Program-made: the position numbers and the translations under genes | Assembly: GCA_903842505.1 (NCBI GenBank) | Contig: CAIMMI010000051.1 | Span: forward strand, 3,290 to 67,289 | DNA from: an uncultured Verrucomicrobiota bacterium | GTDB lineage: Bacteria > Verrucomicrobiota > Verrucomicrobiia > Limisphaerales > UBA9464 | Direction: 5' to 3' | DNA length: 64,000 nucleotides | Shown: positions 28,737 through 38,029 of the stretch, one piece after another | Position numbering within the stretch: the first letter of the stretch is position 1 | Layout of the letters: each line of letters opens with the position of its first letter | The notes under the pieces: generated by a model | The model's database searches: none | What the model saw: the letters and a program-made list of their open reading frames with translations, nothing else | Told to the model about the DNA's origin: nothing

Positions 28737-28775
28737 GATCGGTCGGATCGGTCTGATCCGACCGATCCGACGGAT
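28737..28775. repeat. Fam-H GATC-rich palindrome between convergent genes
   Basis: Perfect 13-bp stem GATCGGTCGGATC (28737-28749) / GATCCGACCGATC (28755-28767) with loop GGTCT. There is no U-tract on either side. Confidence 0.85.
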
Positions 28776-28785
28776 CCCGGGGGAC

Positions 28786-29667
28786 TCAGGACGCGAAGAT
28801 CTGGTCCATCTCGGTGCTCAGCTTGCGGAGGCCTTCGGGTGAGCCGGCGCCACCCTGTTCGGCGATGCCCCAGCCCTGATAGCCGATTTCGTCGAGGGCC
28901 TTCATGATGGCGGGCCAGTTGTTGTCGCCCTTGAGGAACTCAACGTCGAAGCCGGTCCACTTGCCGGTCTTGTCGGACTTCGTGCGGGAGTACTCCTTGA
29001 TATGGAGCGTGGCGATCCGCTTGCCGAGAATGCGGACCCATTGTTCGGGCCAGCCGTAGTGGACGAGGTTGCCGCAGTCGAGGTGCCAGCCGACCTGGGG
29101 TGACTGGAGTTCGTCGACGTAGCGGGCGGCTTCGAGGGGGCTGAGGAGGAAATTGTTCCAGACGTTCTCGATGGCGATGCGGACGCCGAATTCTTCGGCG
29201 AGGGGGATGGCCTTGCGGATTTCGTCCTGGGAACGCTTGTAGGCGTCGGCGTAGCTGACGGTTTCGTTGACGACGGCCGGGACGAGGAGCACAGCGGGTG
29301 CGCCGTAGCGTTTGGCGTCGCGAAGGGATTGGCGGAGGCCCTCGAGGCCGACTTCGCGGACGGCGGGATTCGGGTCGGAGAGCGGCTTGGCCCAGTGGGT
29401 GTGGCAGCAGACGGATCCGGCTTTGAGCCCGGTGGCTTCGAGGGCCTTGACCATCTCATCCTGGTTCATGCCGCCCATGGGTTCCACGCCTTCGAAGCCG
29501 GCGGCCTTGACGGCGACGGCCTTTTCCATGACGGAACCCTTCACTCCGACGGTACCCCACATGATGCCCTTGCGGATGCGGCGTTTGGTTTGGGCGGCGT
29601 GGAGGGCTGGGAGGGTGGCGGCGACGGTGGCGGCGGAGCCGAGGGCGATGAAGGTGCGGCGATTCAT
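28786..29667 (-). CDS. sugar phosphate isomerase/epimerase (xylose-isomerase-like TIM barrel) with Tat signal
   Basis: MNRRTFIALGSAATVAATLPALHA is a twin-arginine signal. Family-typical segments include VRIAIENVWNNFL and WHLDCGNLVHYG. Confidence 0.85.
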   Translation of the reverse strand: MNRRTFIALGSAATVAATLPALHAAQTKRRIRKGIMWGTVGVKGSVMEKAVAVKAAGFEGVEPMGGMNQDEMVKALEATGLKAGSVCCHTHWAKPLSDPNPAVREVGLEGLRQSLRDAKRYGAPAVLLVPAVVNETVSYADAYKRSQDEIRKAIPLAEEFGVRIAIENVWNNFLLSPLEAARYVDELQSPQVGWHLDCGNLVHYGWPEQWVRILGKRIATLHIKEYSRTKSDKTGKWTGFDVEFLKGDNNWPAIMKALDEIGYQGWGIAEQGGAGSPEGLRKLSTEMDQIFAS

Positions 29668-29690
29668 GACGGAGATGGGTTTGGATGGAA

Positions 29691-29720
29691 GAACGGCCGC
29701 GTGGGATCACGCGGCCGTTC
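29691..29720. other. perfect 13-bp intercistronic hairpin
   Basis: GAACGGCCGCGTG-GGAT-CACGCGGCCGTTC lies between the Gfo/Idh/MocA stop (29753) and the TIM-barrel start (29667), both on the - strand. Confidence 0.8.
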
Positions 29721-29752
29721 GTTGGAAGGTTTGAGTGTGAGGGACGGCCGGC

Positions 29753-31057
29753 TTAGATGAACTTCGTCTTGCCGGGGATGGCCTGAGGTTCGATGGGCAG
29801 GGTCATGTCCCAGGAGAGCTTCGCGGGCACGAGGGCCTGCTGGGAGTTGAGCGCCTGGTCCCAGGTGATTTCCTGGCCCGTGTAGCCAGCCATGCGGCCC
29901 ATGATGCCGGCGAGGGTGCTCTTGACCATGCGATCGCCGTCGTTGTGGAAGCGGCCTTCGCGGATCGACTTGAACAGGACCTGGTGCTCGACGACGTACA
30001 TGTCGGGCTTGTCGCCCTTGTAGCGCCACTTGATCTCGTTGCCGGACTTGATGTAGGGGGCGTTCCATCCGCTCCAGCCCTTGCCGGTGCTGCCGAGGAC
30101 GTAGTCCGAGTTCTCGGAGTAGCAGGCGGCAATCTGGCGCTGGGCGACCACGCCGCGGGCACCGTTGGCCCATTCATAGACGACGGTGACGTGATCGAAG
30201 ATGTTGCCTTCGCCGTTCGGGTGGACGCGGCCACCGTTGGCGGTGCACTTGACCGGGGCTTCATCTCGGAACGTCCAGAGGACCTTGTCGACCGTATGGA
30301 TGCACTGCTCGACGAGACCGTCCCCGGCGAGCCAGGTGAAGTTCATCCAGTTGCGCATCTGCCATTCGAGATCCGAGACACCGGCGCGGCGGGTGCTGGC
30401 CGGGGCCATGGGCTTGACCGGGCCGGTCAGGTAGGTGCCGTAGACGCCGACGACCTCGCCGAGGCCGCCGTCGTGGATCTGCTGGTAGAAAGCCTGGCGG
30501 GGAAGGTCGTAGCGCCAGCAGTAACCGGCGACGAGGTTCAACTTCTTCTCCTTCGACATCCGGACCGTCTCCATCACGTGGCGGATGCCGGGGGCGTCGG
30601 TGGCCATGGGCTTCTCGCAGAAGACGTGCTTGTTCTTCTCGATGGCGTAGCGGAGGTGGGTGGGGCGGAATCCCGGAGGCGAGGCGAGGAGGACCACATC
30701 GACACCGGAGTCGATGACCTTCTGGAAGGCGTCGAGGCCGACGAATTGGCGATCGGCTTCGGCCTGGATGCGGCCGCCGAACTGTTCCTTGAGGCCCTTG
30801 ACGGAGCCGGCGAGGGGTTCGGGGAAGGCGTCGCCGACGGACCAGAGGATGAGGTTGGGATCGGCGGTGAGGGCATTGCCGGCGGCGCCGGTGCCACGGC
30901 CGCCGCAGCCGACGAGACCGATCTTCAGGGTGTCGGCGTTCTGGGCGAAGGCCTGTTCACGAACCAGGATCGCCGGTGCGGCGAAAGCCACCGCGGCTGC
31001 GGCGGAGCTGGAACGAAGGAAATCGCGACGGGAGGAAGGATTCTGCGATGCGTTCAT
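29753..31057 (-). CDS. Gfo/Idh/MocA-family oxidoreductase with Tat signal
   Basis: ATG 31057 gives MNASQNPSSRRDFLRSSSAAAAVAFAAP. Rossmann motif IGLVGCGGRG and the family-typical C-terminal alpha/beta domain are present. Confidence 0.88.
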   Translation of the reverse strand: MNASQNPSSRRDFLRSSSAAAAVAFAAPAILVREQAFAQNADTLKIGLVGCGGRGTGAAGNALTADPNLILWSVGDAFPEPLAGSVKGLKEQFGGRIQAEADRQFVGLDAFQKVIDSGVDVVLLASPPGFRPTHLRYAIEKNKHVFCEKPMATDAPGIRHVMETVRMSKEKKLNLVAGYCWRYDLPRQAFYQQIHDGGLGEVVGVYGTYLTGPVKPMAPASTRRAGVSDLEWQMRNWMNFTWLAGDGLVEQCIHTVDKVLWTFRDEAPVKCTANGGRVHPNGEGNIFDHVTVVYEWANGARGVVAQRQIAACYSENSDYVLGSTGKGWSGWNAPYIKSGNEIKWRYKGDKPDMYVVEHQVLFKSIREGRFHNDGDRMVKSTLAGIMGRMAGYTGQEITWDQALNSQQALVPAKLSWDMTLPIEPQAIPGKTKFI

Positions 31058-31163
31058 GGCGGGATAGTGACTCGCTCCAGCGTCCGCCATTCATTTCAGG
31101 ATCGTCAAGTGACCGCTCCTGCCTTTTTTCGGGGAAGATGGCCGGTTCCGTGGGCCAGGAATC

Positions 31164-32453
31164 CTACAGGGAGTCGACCACGAAGGCGGTGAACTCGTGC
31201 TGGAAGTGGGGTGGGACGAGGACGCGGAGGCGGACGTGTTCGCCGGAGGAATAGTCTTCCTCGAGTACCTGGCCGAGGGCGTGGATGCGCGCGAGGGTCT
31301 TCTGTTCGGAGAAGGGGACAGCGAGGTCGAGTTCGGCACGGACGGGTTTGAGGCTGGAGCCCAGTTCGGCGAACAGTTCATCGAATCCTTCGCCTGTGCG
31401 GGCCGAGACGGCGACGGCGCGTTGGAAGAGGCCGTGCCAGCGTTGGAGGGCTTCGCGGTTGGGGAGGAGGTCGACCTTGTTGAACACCATGAGGGACGGG
31501 CGTTCCGCAGCCCCGATTTCGGTGAGGACGCCATGGACGGCGCGGATCTGTTCCTCGGCGTGGGGATGGCTGACGTCGACGACATGGAGGAGGAGATCGG
31601 CTTCGACGACTTCCTCGAGGGTGGCCTTGAAGGCTTCGACGAGGCCGTGGGGAAGCTTGCGGATGAATCCGACGGTGTCGCTGAGGAGGACGTTCTGGTT
31701 GGTGGGGAGGCGGAGGCGACGGGTGGTGGGATCGAGAGTGGCGAAGAGTTTGTCCTCGGCGAGCACGGTGGCGCCGGTGAGGGCGTTGAGGAGGGTGGAC
31801 TTGCCGGCATTGGTGTAGCCGACAATGGAGGCGAGGGGCCACTGGTGGCGTTGGCGGCCGTCGCGTTGGGTCAGGCGTTGGCGTCGGACGACGTCGAGTT
31901 CGTCCCGGATCCGGTCGATCTTTTCCTGGGTCTTGCGGCGGTCGGCTTCGAGTTGGGATTCGCCTTCACCACCGATGGCGCCGAGGCCGCCGCGTTGGCG
32001 GGAGAGGTGGGTCCAATAGCGGGTCAGGCGCGGGAGCAGGTACTGGAGTTGGGCGAGTTCGACCTGGAGCTTGCCTTCGCGGGTGCGGGCGCGTTGACCG
32101 AAGATCTCGAGGATGAGCGAGGTCCGGTCGAGGATCTTGCATCCGAAGACTTCCTCGAGGTTGCGGGTCTGGGCGCCGGAGAGTTCGTCGTCGAAGATGA
32201 TTGTGTCGACACCGAGTTCCTTGCAGCGGGTGGCGAACTCGGCGGCCTTGCCGGGGCCGATGCAGGTCGTGGGGTGGGGCGCTTCGAGCTTCTGGGTTCC
32301 GTCTCCGAGAACGACGGCACCCACGGTGGCGGCGAGTTCGCCGAGTTCGTCCAGGGAATCGCGGACATCCCAGGCGGAGCGGGACTTGAGTTCGAGGCCG
32401 ACGAGGAATGCGCGTTCGGTGCGGCGATCTGCTGTTTCTACGAGGGCTTTCAA
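31164..32453 (-). CDS. hflX: GTPase HflX
   Basis: HflX N-terminal domain (ERAFLVGL.., ELSGAQTRNLE, DRTSLILEIF) with G1 GYTNAGKSTL, G3 DTVGF and G4 NKVD. There is no ATG near the N-terminus, so TTG 32453 (MKALVETADRR) is proposed. The track ORF over-extends to 33476, antisense to the neighbouring gene. Confidence 0.88.
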   Translation of the reverse strand: MKALVETADRRTERAFLVGLELKSRSAWDVRDSLDELGELAATVGAVVLGDGTQKLEAPHPTTCIGPGKAAEFATRCKELGVDTIIFDDELSGAQTRNLEEVFGCKILDRTSLILEIFGQRARTREGKLQVELAQLQYLLPRLTRYWTHLSRQRGGLGAIGGEGESQLEADRRKTQEKIDRIRDELDVVRRQRLTQRDGRQRHQWPLASIVGYTNAGKSTLLNALTGATVLAEDKLFATLDPTTRRLRLPTNQNVLLSDTVGFIRKLPHGLVEAFKATLEEVVEADLLLHVVDVSHPHAEEQIRAVHGVLTEIGAAERPSLMVFNKVDLLPNREALQRWHGLFQRAVAVSARTGEGFDELFAELGSSLKPVRAELDLAVPFSEQKTLARIHALGQVLEEDYSSGEHVRLRVLVPPHFQHEFTAFVVDSL

Positions 32454-32576
32454 AGGAAGGTGGGGGGAGGCTACGCCAAGGGTGGATGAGGGCAAGGGGT
32501 GAGCGCGTGCGAAGCAACGGTTGGCGCCTTTTCGTGGTTTCCTCGGAGGGGAGTGACGCGGCACCCTCGCCCTCAG

Positions 32577-33584
32577 ATGTCGGTTGAGATCCTTCCTACG
32601 CATACGCCGCGGCATTTCCATGCGGCGGTGGAACGTGCCTGTGACCTGTTGAAGCGTGGGGAGGTGGTGGCGCTGCCTACGGAGACCGTCTATGGCCTGG
32701 CAGCGAACGCCTGGGACGAACGGGCCGTTCGGCGCATCTACGAGGTGAAGGGTCGTCCCTCGACCAATCCGTTGATCGTCCACGTGGCGGATGGGCAGAT
32801 GGCGTCGGATTGCTCGCAGGATTGGCCAGACCTGGCGACGCGTCTGGCATCCCGGTTCTGGCCGGGACCGTTGACGCTGGTGGTTCCCAAGTCGGAGAAG
32901 ATCCCGGCCGGGGTCACAGCCGGCGGGGAGACGGTGGGGGTCCGATGGCCGTTCCATCCGTTCATGCAAGCCGTCATCCGAGGTTGTGGGTTTCCGCTGG
33001 CGGCACCCAGTGCCAATCTCGCCAACCAGCTGTCGCCGACCTCTGCGGAGCATGTGCGGGCCGGGTTGGGTGAGCGGATCCCCCTCATCGTGGATGGCGG
33101 GGAGAGCAATGTGGGGATCGAGAGCACCGTCGTGGATGTCACCGGTGAAGTGCCGCGAATCCTCCGGCCAGGGATGATCGGGGCGGACGAGATCGCTGCC
33201 GTGGCCGGCGCGGTGGCGCGTGGAGGGGAGGGTGGGTCGGTACTTCGAAGTCCGGGACTCCTGGAGAAGCACTACTCGCCCCGGGCCCGATTGGTGATCC
33301 GCAGTTGGATCGACGAGGCGGATCTGGTGCGACAGATCGGGGAGTTGGGCGGGGTTGGAGAGGAAGTCTGGGTCATCTCCCACACCCGGTTGCCGTTGTC
33401 GGGACGAATTTCGAACGTGGTGATGATCCCGGCTGAACCGGAGGCATTCGCGCGGGCGCTGTACGCGGAGTTGCACCGGGGCGATCAGGCCGGGGCGCGG
33501 TTGATCGTCGTGGAGGAAGTGCCCGTGTCGGGAGATTGGGATGGGATCGCGGACCGACTGAGGCGGGCGTCGTCGGGTGGTTGA
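32577..33584 (+). CDS. tsaC: L-threonylcarbamoyladenylate synthase (Sua5/YwlC type, with C-terminal Sua5 domain)
   Basis: Motifs [34 protein letters not shown] and [14 protein letters not shown] roughly 130-aa C-terminal extension is typical of the long Sua5 form. Confidence 0.88.
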   Translation: MSVEILPTHTPRHFHAAVERACDLLKRGEVVALPTETVYGLAANAWDERAVRRIYEVKGRPSTNPLIVHVADGQMASDCSQDWPDLATRLASRFWPGPLTLVVPKSEKIPAGVTAGGETVGVRWPFHPFMQAVIRGCGFPLAAPSANLANQLSPTSAEHVRAGLGERIPLIVDGGESNVGIESTVVDVTGEVPRILRPGMIGADEIAAVAGAVARGGEGGSVLRSPGLLEKHYSPRARLVIRSWIDEADLVRQIGELGGVGEEVWVISHTRLPLSGRISNVVMIPAEPEAFARALYAELHRGDQAGARLIVVEEVPVSGDWDGIADRLRRASSGG

Positions 33585-33709
33585 TCCTGAAAGCGGCCGT
33601 TGGAGTCGCCACAGATTCCCCGGATTGCACCGATGGGCCGCGTTGGGATGGCCGTCTTCCTCCTGCCAGTGCGCTCACCTTGCGGGTGTCCTCCGAACCG
33701 AACCCACAT

Positions 33710-33855
33710 CCCGGTTGATCGGTGTCATCGGGGCAATCCGTGGATCCAACCGCCTTTTCCAGCTTGATGGAGGGGTAGGAGGCGAGGTGACGAACCGGGC
33801 TTGGATCCAGAAACCTCGGACGCTTGATCGGTTGGTGAGGAGACTCGCCCCACCC
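33710..33855. repeat. partial Fam-G copy and Fam-B-like unit
   Basis: CCCGGTTGATCGGTGTCATCGGGGCAATCCGTGGATCCAACCGCCTTTTCC (33710-33770) matches the 3' third of Fam-G. GGTTGGTGAGGAGACTCGCCCCACC at 33831-33855. Confidence 0.75.
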
Positions 33856-33921
33856 CTTGGGTCCTTGCGCAAGCCCCACTCTGGTCTTGCCTTGAAACCC
33901 GACTCGGCGCACCCATTAGGC

Positions 33922-34830
<909 letters not shown>

Positions 34831-34856
34831 GCCCGATTCGAAAGCAGGTTTTGGAA

Positions 34857-34894
34857 AGCCCCGTTGGCGAAGGCCGACGGGGCTTTTTGTTTTT
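34857..34894 (+). terminator. rho-independent terminator of the 33922-34830 gene
   Basis: Stem AGCCCCGTTGGC / GCCGACGGGGCT with a GAAG loop, followed by TTTTTGTTTTT. Confidence 0.85.
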
Positions 34895-34914
34895 GAGGAA
34901 TGGGCAGGGCTCAT

Positions 34915-35133
34915 GCGGAGACGCGGAGACGCGGAGAACTGCGTCCGCAGCTACGGAGGGGCGCATCTTGGCCCTGCGCTCAAGCCTCGACGGGTGGGCC
35001 GAGGGTCCGCACGAGCCGATCCGGAACCGGTTCGACGGAGTCTCGTCCCAACCTCTTTTCGTGGGTCCGCGTCGTGACCTCCGCGGCTACGATCGGAAGG
35101 GGGGACGAACCGCGTCGTGACCTCCGCGGCTAC
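34915..35133. repeat. repeat mosaic (Fam-I variant, Fam-B-like, two direct Fam-D copies)
   Basis: GCGGAGACGCGGAGACGCGGAGAAC; GGTTCGACGGAGTCTCGTCCCAACC at 35029-35053; CCGCGTCGTGACCTCCGCGGCTACG at 35068-35092 and 35109-35133. Confidence 0.85.
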
Positions 35134-35152
35134 GGAGGTTGGGTGTAGAAAC

Positions 35153-35184
35153 AAAAAACCCCTGCCGGAAGCCGGCAGGGGTTT
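35153..35184 (-). terminator. rho-independent terminator of the porin-like gene
   Basis: On the - strand: CCCCTGCCGG-loop-CCGGCAGGGG followed by TTTTTT, 16 nt after the stop codon. Confidence 0.85.
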
Positions 35185-35199
35185 GAGAGCCAAGTTCGA

Positions 35200-36396
35200 T
35201 TAGAACTTGTAGATGACGTTCAGAGCGACGCTGACGTCGTTCTTCTCGTCGCCGGCTCCGCTGCCGAACGGACGGAGGTTCGTGCCGCCGACCGCGGTGT
35301 CCCAGCGGACTTCGACGCGGGTCACGACGTTGGCGAACAGGGCGTAGTCCGCGGTGCCGGTGACACCAACGACCTTGCCGTTGTCGCCGGCAGCGCCGAG
35401 GAACAGGCCGTCGGAGGCGGTGGCGTACTCGAAGCGGCCGTTGAGCTTGAGCTTCTCGGTGGCCTGGAAGTTCAGGTACACGGAGACGGCATTGCCGTAG
35501 CTGTCAGCGAAGGAGCCGTTGGCGAGGTAGTCGTAGGCGGCGCCGACGGTGACTTCCTTCCAGGGCGTGGCGAGCGAGCCACCGACGTAGTAGGTGACGG
35601 GGTCGTTGTCGTTGCCGACTTCGAGACCCTTCACGATGCCCGCGTACAGCGAGGAACCAGCGAGCCAATCGAGGCTCTCGGGCGCCTTGAGGACGATGCC
35701 GGCCATGTAGGCCTTGTACGACTCAGGGGCGCCAAAGGCGTTGTTGCCGCTCTTGGCGTTGATGTTGCCGAGGTTGGCGCCGCCGCCGTTGTAGCCGGTG
35801 GCGTTGTTCGCGCTGTTGGCGACGCCGAGGGAGGCGCCGAGCACGTCGTTGAACTGGTAGGTCGCGAGGATGCCCTGGTGACCGAACGGCTCCAGGTTGT
35901 TGAACGCCAGCGAGCGGCTGAAGTTCGGGTTCGCGTAGGAGTCGGTGACCTCGTAGCCGACGATCGGGTCGAACTGACCGACCTTGAAGTCGATGCCGTT
36001 GCCGATCGGGGCGCGCAGGGCGATGTAGGCCTGCTTGAGGGCGATTTCGCCACCAGCGCCGCCGAGGCGGCCGGGCATCACGGCGGCGTCAGGGCCGAAC
36101 ATGATCTCGGTCTTGTAGCCGGCGCTCCAGGTGCCTTCGTCGATGGGCTTCTCGAGCTGAACCTTGACGTAGTTCAGGTTGAAGCCGTCCTGACGGTCCG
36201 CGCCCGTGTTGGCGAAGCGGGGGGCGACACGGCTGCCGGTGCCGACGTTCCAGATCGCCGAGGTGTCGACGAAGCCGCTCAGCGTGGTGGAGCTGAGGGC
36301 GGTGTTGACGGGGTGGGATTCTTCGGCCTGAACGACGCTGGCGAGGCTCACGACGCCGGTGGCCGCGAGAGCGATGCTCCACTTATTGAACTTCAT
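35200..36396 (-). CDS. outer-membrane beta-barrel porin-like protein
   Basis: ATG 36396 has AGGAGGA 7 nt upstream. Signal peptide MKFNKWSIALAATGVVSLASVVQA, alternating-polarity strands throughout, and a C-terminal ..LNVIYKF aromatic terminus. Confidence 0.65.
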   Translation of the reverse strand: MKFNKWSIALAATGVVSLASVVQAEESHPVNTALSSTTLSGFVDTSAIWNVGTGSRVAPRFANTGADRQDGFNLNYVKVQLEKPIDEGTWSAGYKTEIMFGPDAAVMPGRLGGAGGEIALKQAYIALRAPIGNGIDFKVGQFDPIVGYEVTDSYANPNFSRSLAFNNLEPFGHQGILATYQFNDVLGASLGVANSANNATGYNGGGANLGNINAKSGNNAFGAPESYKAYMAGIVLKAPESLDWLAGSSLYAGIVKGLEVGNDNDPVTYYVGGSLATPWKEVTVGAAYDYLANGSFADSYGNAVSVYLNFQATEKLKLNGRFEYATASDGLFLGAAGDNGKVVGVTGTADYALFANVVTRVEVRWDTAVGGTNLRPFGSGAGDEKNDVSVALNVIYKF

Positions 36397-36491
36397 CTGA
36401 TGTTCCTCCTGAGTTGTGTTTCGCGTTAAACGACAATTACTGATCACTGATAACGAACCAAAAAACCGATTGGTCCGCCGCCGTAATGGCG

Positions 36492-36583
36492 CAGTTGCGA
36501 CGCACATTGTTCCGCGTCCGTCGGCATGGCAACAGCAATTTTATTGTTGCCTCTGACCGGATGCGGAGAGCGCGTCGCAACTG
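36492..36583 (-). other. 92-nt extended imperfect hairpin 5 nt after the MBL-nuclease stop codon
   Basis: Perfect 12-bp basal stem CAGTTGCGACGC / GCGTCGCAACTG, partly paired middle, and a 7-bp apical stem GGCAACA / TGTTGCC with AT-rich loop GCAATTTTAT. No U-tract. Confidence 0.75.
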
Positions 36584-36587
36584 GGCC

Positions 36588-37964
36588 CTAGATCTTCACC
36601 TTTCCTGCAGGCCCGGGTTGTTCGATCCGGATCCGTGGGAATCGGCGTTTGATCTCGGCGGCCATCCAGGCGCGGGCGGGGCCGTCTCCGTGGCCGAGCA
36701 CGACGACCTTGGGGGAGACGTTGGCGACGAGGTTGACGAGGTCCTCGCGATTGGCGTGGGCGGTGAGGTCGAAGTCCTCGAGTTGGCAGCGGCGTTTGAG
36801 GCTGCCGGCGGTGTCGCTGAAATGGAACTCGACGCCGGGTTTGGATCGCTTGAGGCGGCCGCCTGGGGCATCGGGATCGGCGTAACCCACGAAGAAGATG
36901 CCGTGACGGTCATCGCGGGCCATCCGGACGGCGAGGTCGTGAGCGGCGGTGTTGGTGTTCATCATTCCTGCGGTGAGCACGAAGATGTTGCCGCCGGAGA
37001 GTTTCATGGACTCGACCTGTTTGGGTGAGATGACTCGGAGGTCGAGGGCTTCGGTGAGGCGGAGGCCGGAGAGGTTGCGGTTGGCGCGATGGGATTCGAG
37101 GTCGTAGATCTCGGTGAAGACGCGGCCGAGGCCGCCGATGTAGACGGGTTGGCGGCGGATGCGACCCTGGGACATCCAGAGGGCCAGCATGGCGAGGATT
37201 TCCTGGGTGCGGCCGAGGGCGAAGGCAGGGATGAGGACGGATCCCTTGCGTTTGAGGACGCTGACGACGGATTGGGCGAGTCGTTCGACCTCGCTTTCGC
37301 GGGTGAACCCGCGTGGCACCTCCCGGTTGCCGCGGGTGGTTTCGAGGATCAGGACGTCGGCGCGGACTTCGCCGAACTCGGCTTGGCGGAGCAGGGTCTG
37401 ATCGTGGAAGCAGACGTCGCCGGAGTAAAAGAGCGACTGTTTGTTGCCGCGGACGAGAACGCCGGCCGACCCGAGGGTGTGGCCGGCATCAAAGAATTCG
37501 AGCGTGGGCGAGGTCGCGGACGCGTGGCGGCGGTGGTGGGGGGTCCAGTCAATCGGGCGACGGTACTTGAATCCCTGGAACACGGCGGCGTAGTCGTCGA
37601 CCTCCTCATGGGTGAACAACGGGTACTCGCGGATGCCGAGTTCCTCGCGTTGCCGCTCCATGACGTTGACGGAGTTGTGGAGGATCCGCTCGATCAGGAA
37701 GTAGCTGAGTTCGGTCATCAGCACCTGCGCGTGGGGAAACTGCTTGAGCGCGACGGGGAGGGCCCCGACGTGGTCGTGGTGGCAGTGGCTGATGACGATG
37801 GCATCCACGGCGTCGTCGTGGAGCTTGTTGAGGAGGGGTAGTCCTTCGCGGCCTTCGCGCTTGGGGTGGATCCCCGCATCCAGGAGCAGCCCATGGCCCT
37901 CGAATTCGATGTGCCACGCACTGGCGCCGATGTCGGCATCCGGATTCAGGTTCGTAATTTGCAT
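36588..37964 (-). CDS. MBL-fold metallo-hydrolase, beta-CASP RNA-metabolising nuclease family
   Basis: ATG 37964 gives MQITNLNPDADIGASAWHIEF. HxHxDH motif ISHCHHDHVGALP, with beta-CASP and C-terminal RNA-specificity regions (ILETTRGN, FVGYADPD, LTAHANRED, VLGHGD). Confidence 0.85.
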   Translation of the reverse strand: MQITNLNPDADIGASAWHIEFEGHGLLLDAGIHPKREGREGLPLLNKLHDDAVDAIVISHCHHDHVGALPVALKQFPHAQVLMTELSYFLIERILHNSVNVMERQREELGIREYPLFTHEEVDDYAAVFQGFKYRRPIDWTPHHRRHASATSPTLEFFDAGHTLGSAGVLVRGNKQSLFYSGDVCFHDQTLLRQAEFGEVRADVLILETTRGNREVPRGFTRESEVERLAQSVVSVLKRKGSVLIPAFALGRTQEILAMLALWMSQGRIRRQPVYIGGLGRVFTEIYDLESHRANRNLSGLRLTEALDLRVISPKQVESMKLSGGNIFVLTAGMMNTNTAAHDLAVRMARDDRHGIFFVGYADPDAPGGRLKRSKPGVEFHFSDTAGSLKRRCQLEDFDLTAHANREDLVNLVANVSPKVVVLGHGDGPARAWMAAEIKRRFPRIRIEQPGPAGKVKI

Positions 37965-38029
37965 CGTCGGCCCCGATGAACGCATGGATCGGGAATTCAT
38001 CCAATGCGGAATCCGTGGAGTGGGGGACG

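Noticed and set aside
32454-33476. 341-codon upstream extension of the hflX ORF
   Set aside because: It is antisense to the well-supported Sua5/TsaC gene and has an R/P/H-rich composition. HflX homology starts only at ~32453.
36431-36459. Direct hexamer repeat ACTGAT-C-ACTGAT (on the - strand ATCAGTGATCAGT) about 40-50 nt upstream of the porin-like start, as a possible operator
   Set aside because: It is a single short occurrence with no second copy in the window. It could equally be chance in an AT-richer promoter or 5' UTR patch, so it is not reported as a feature.
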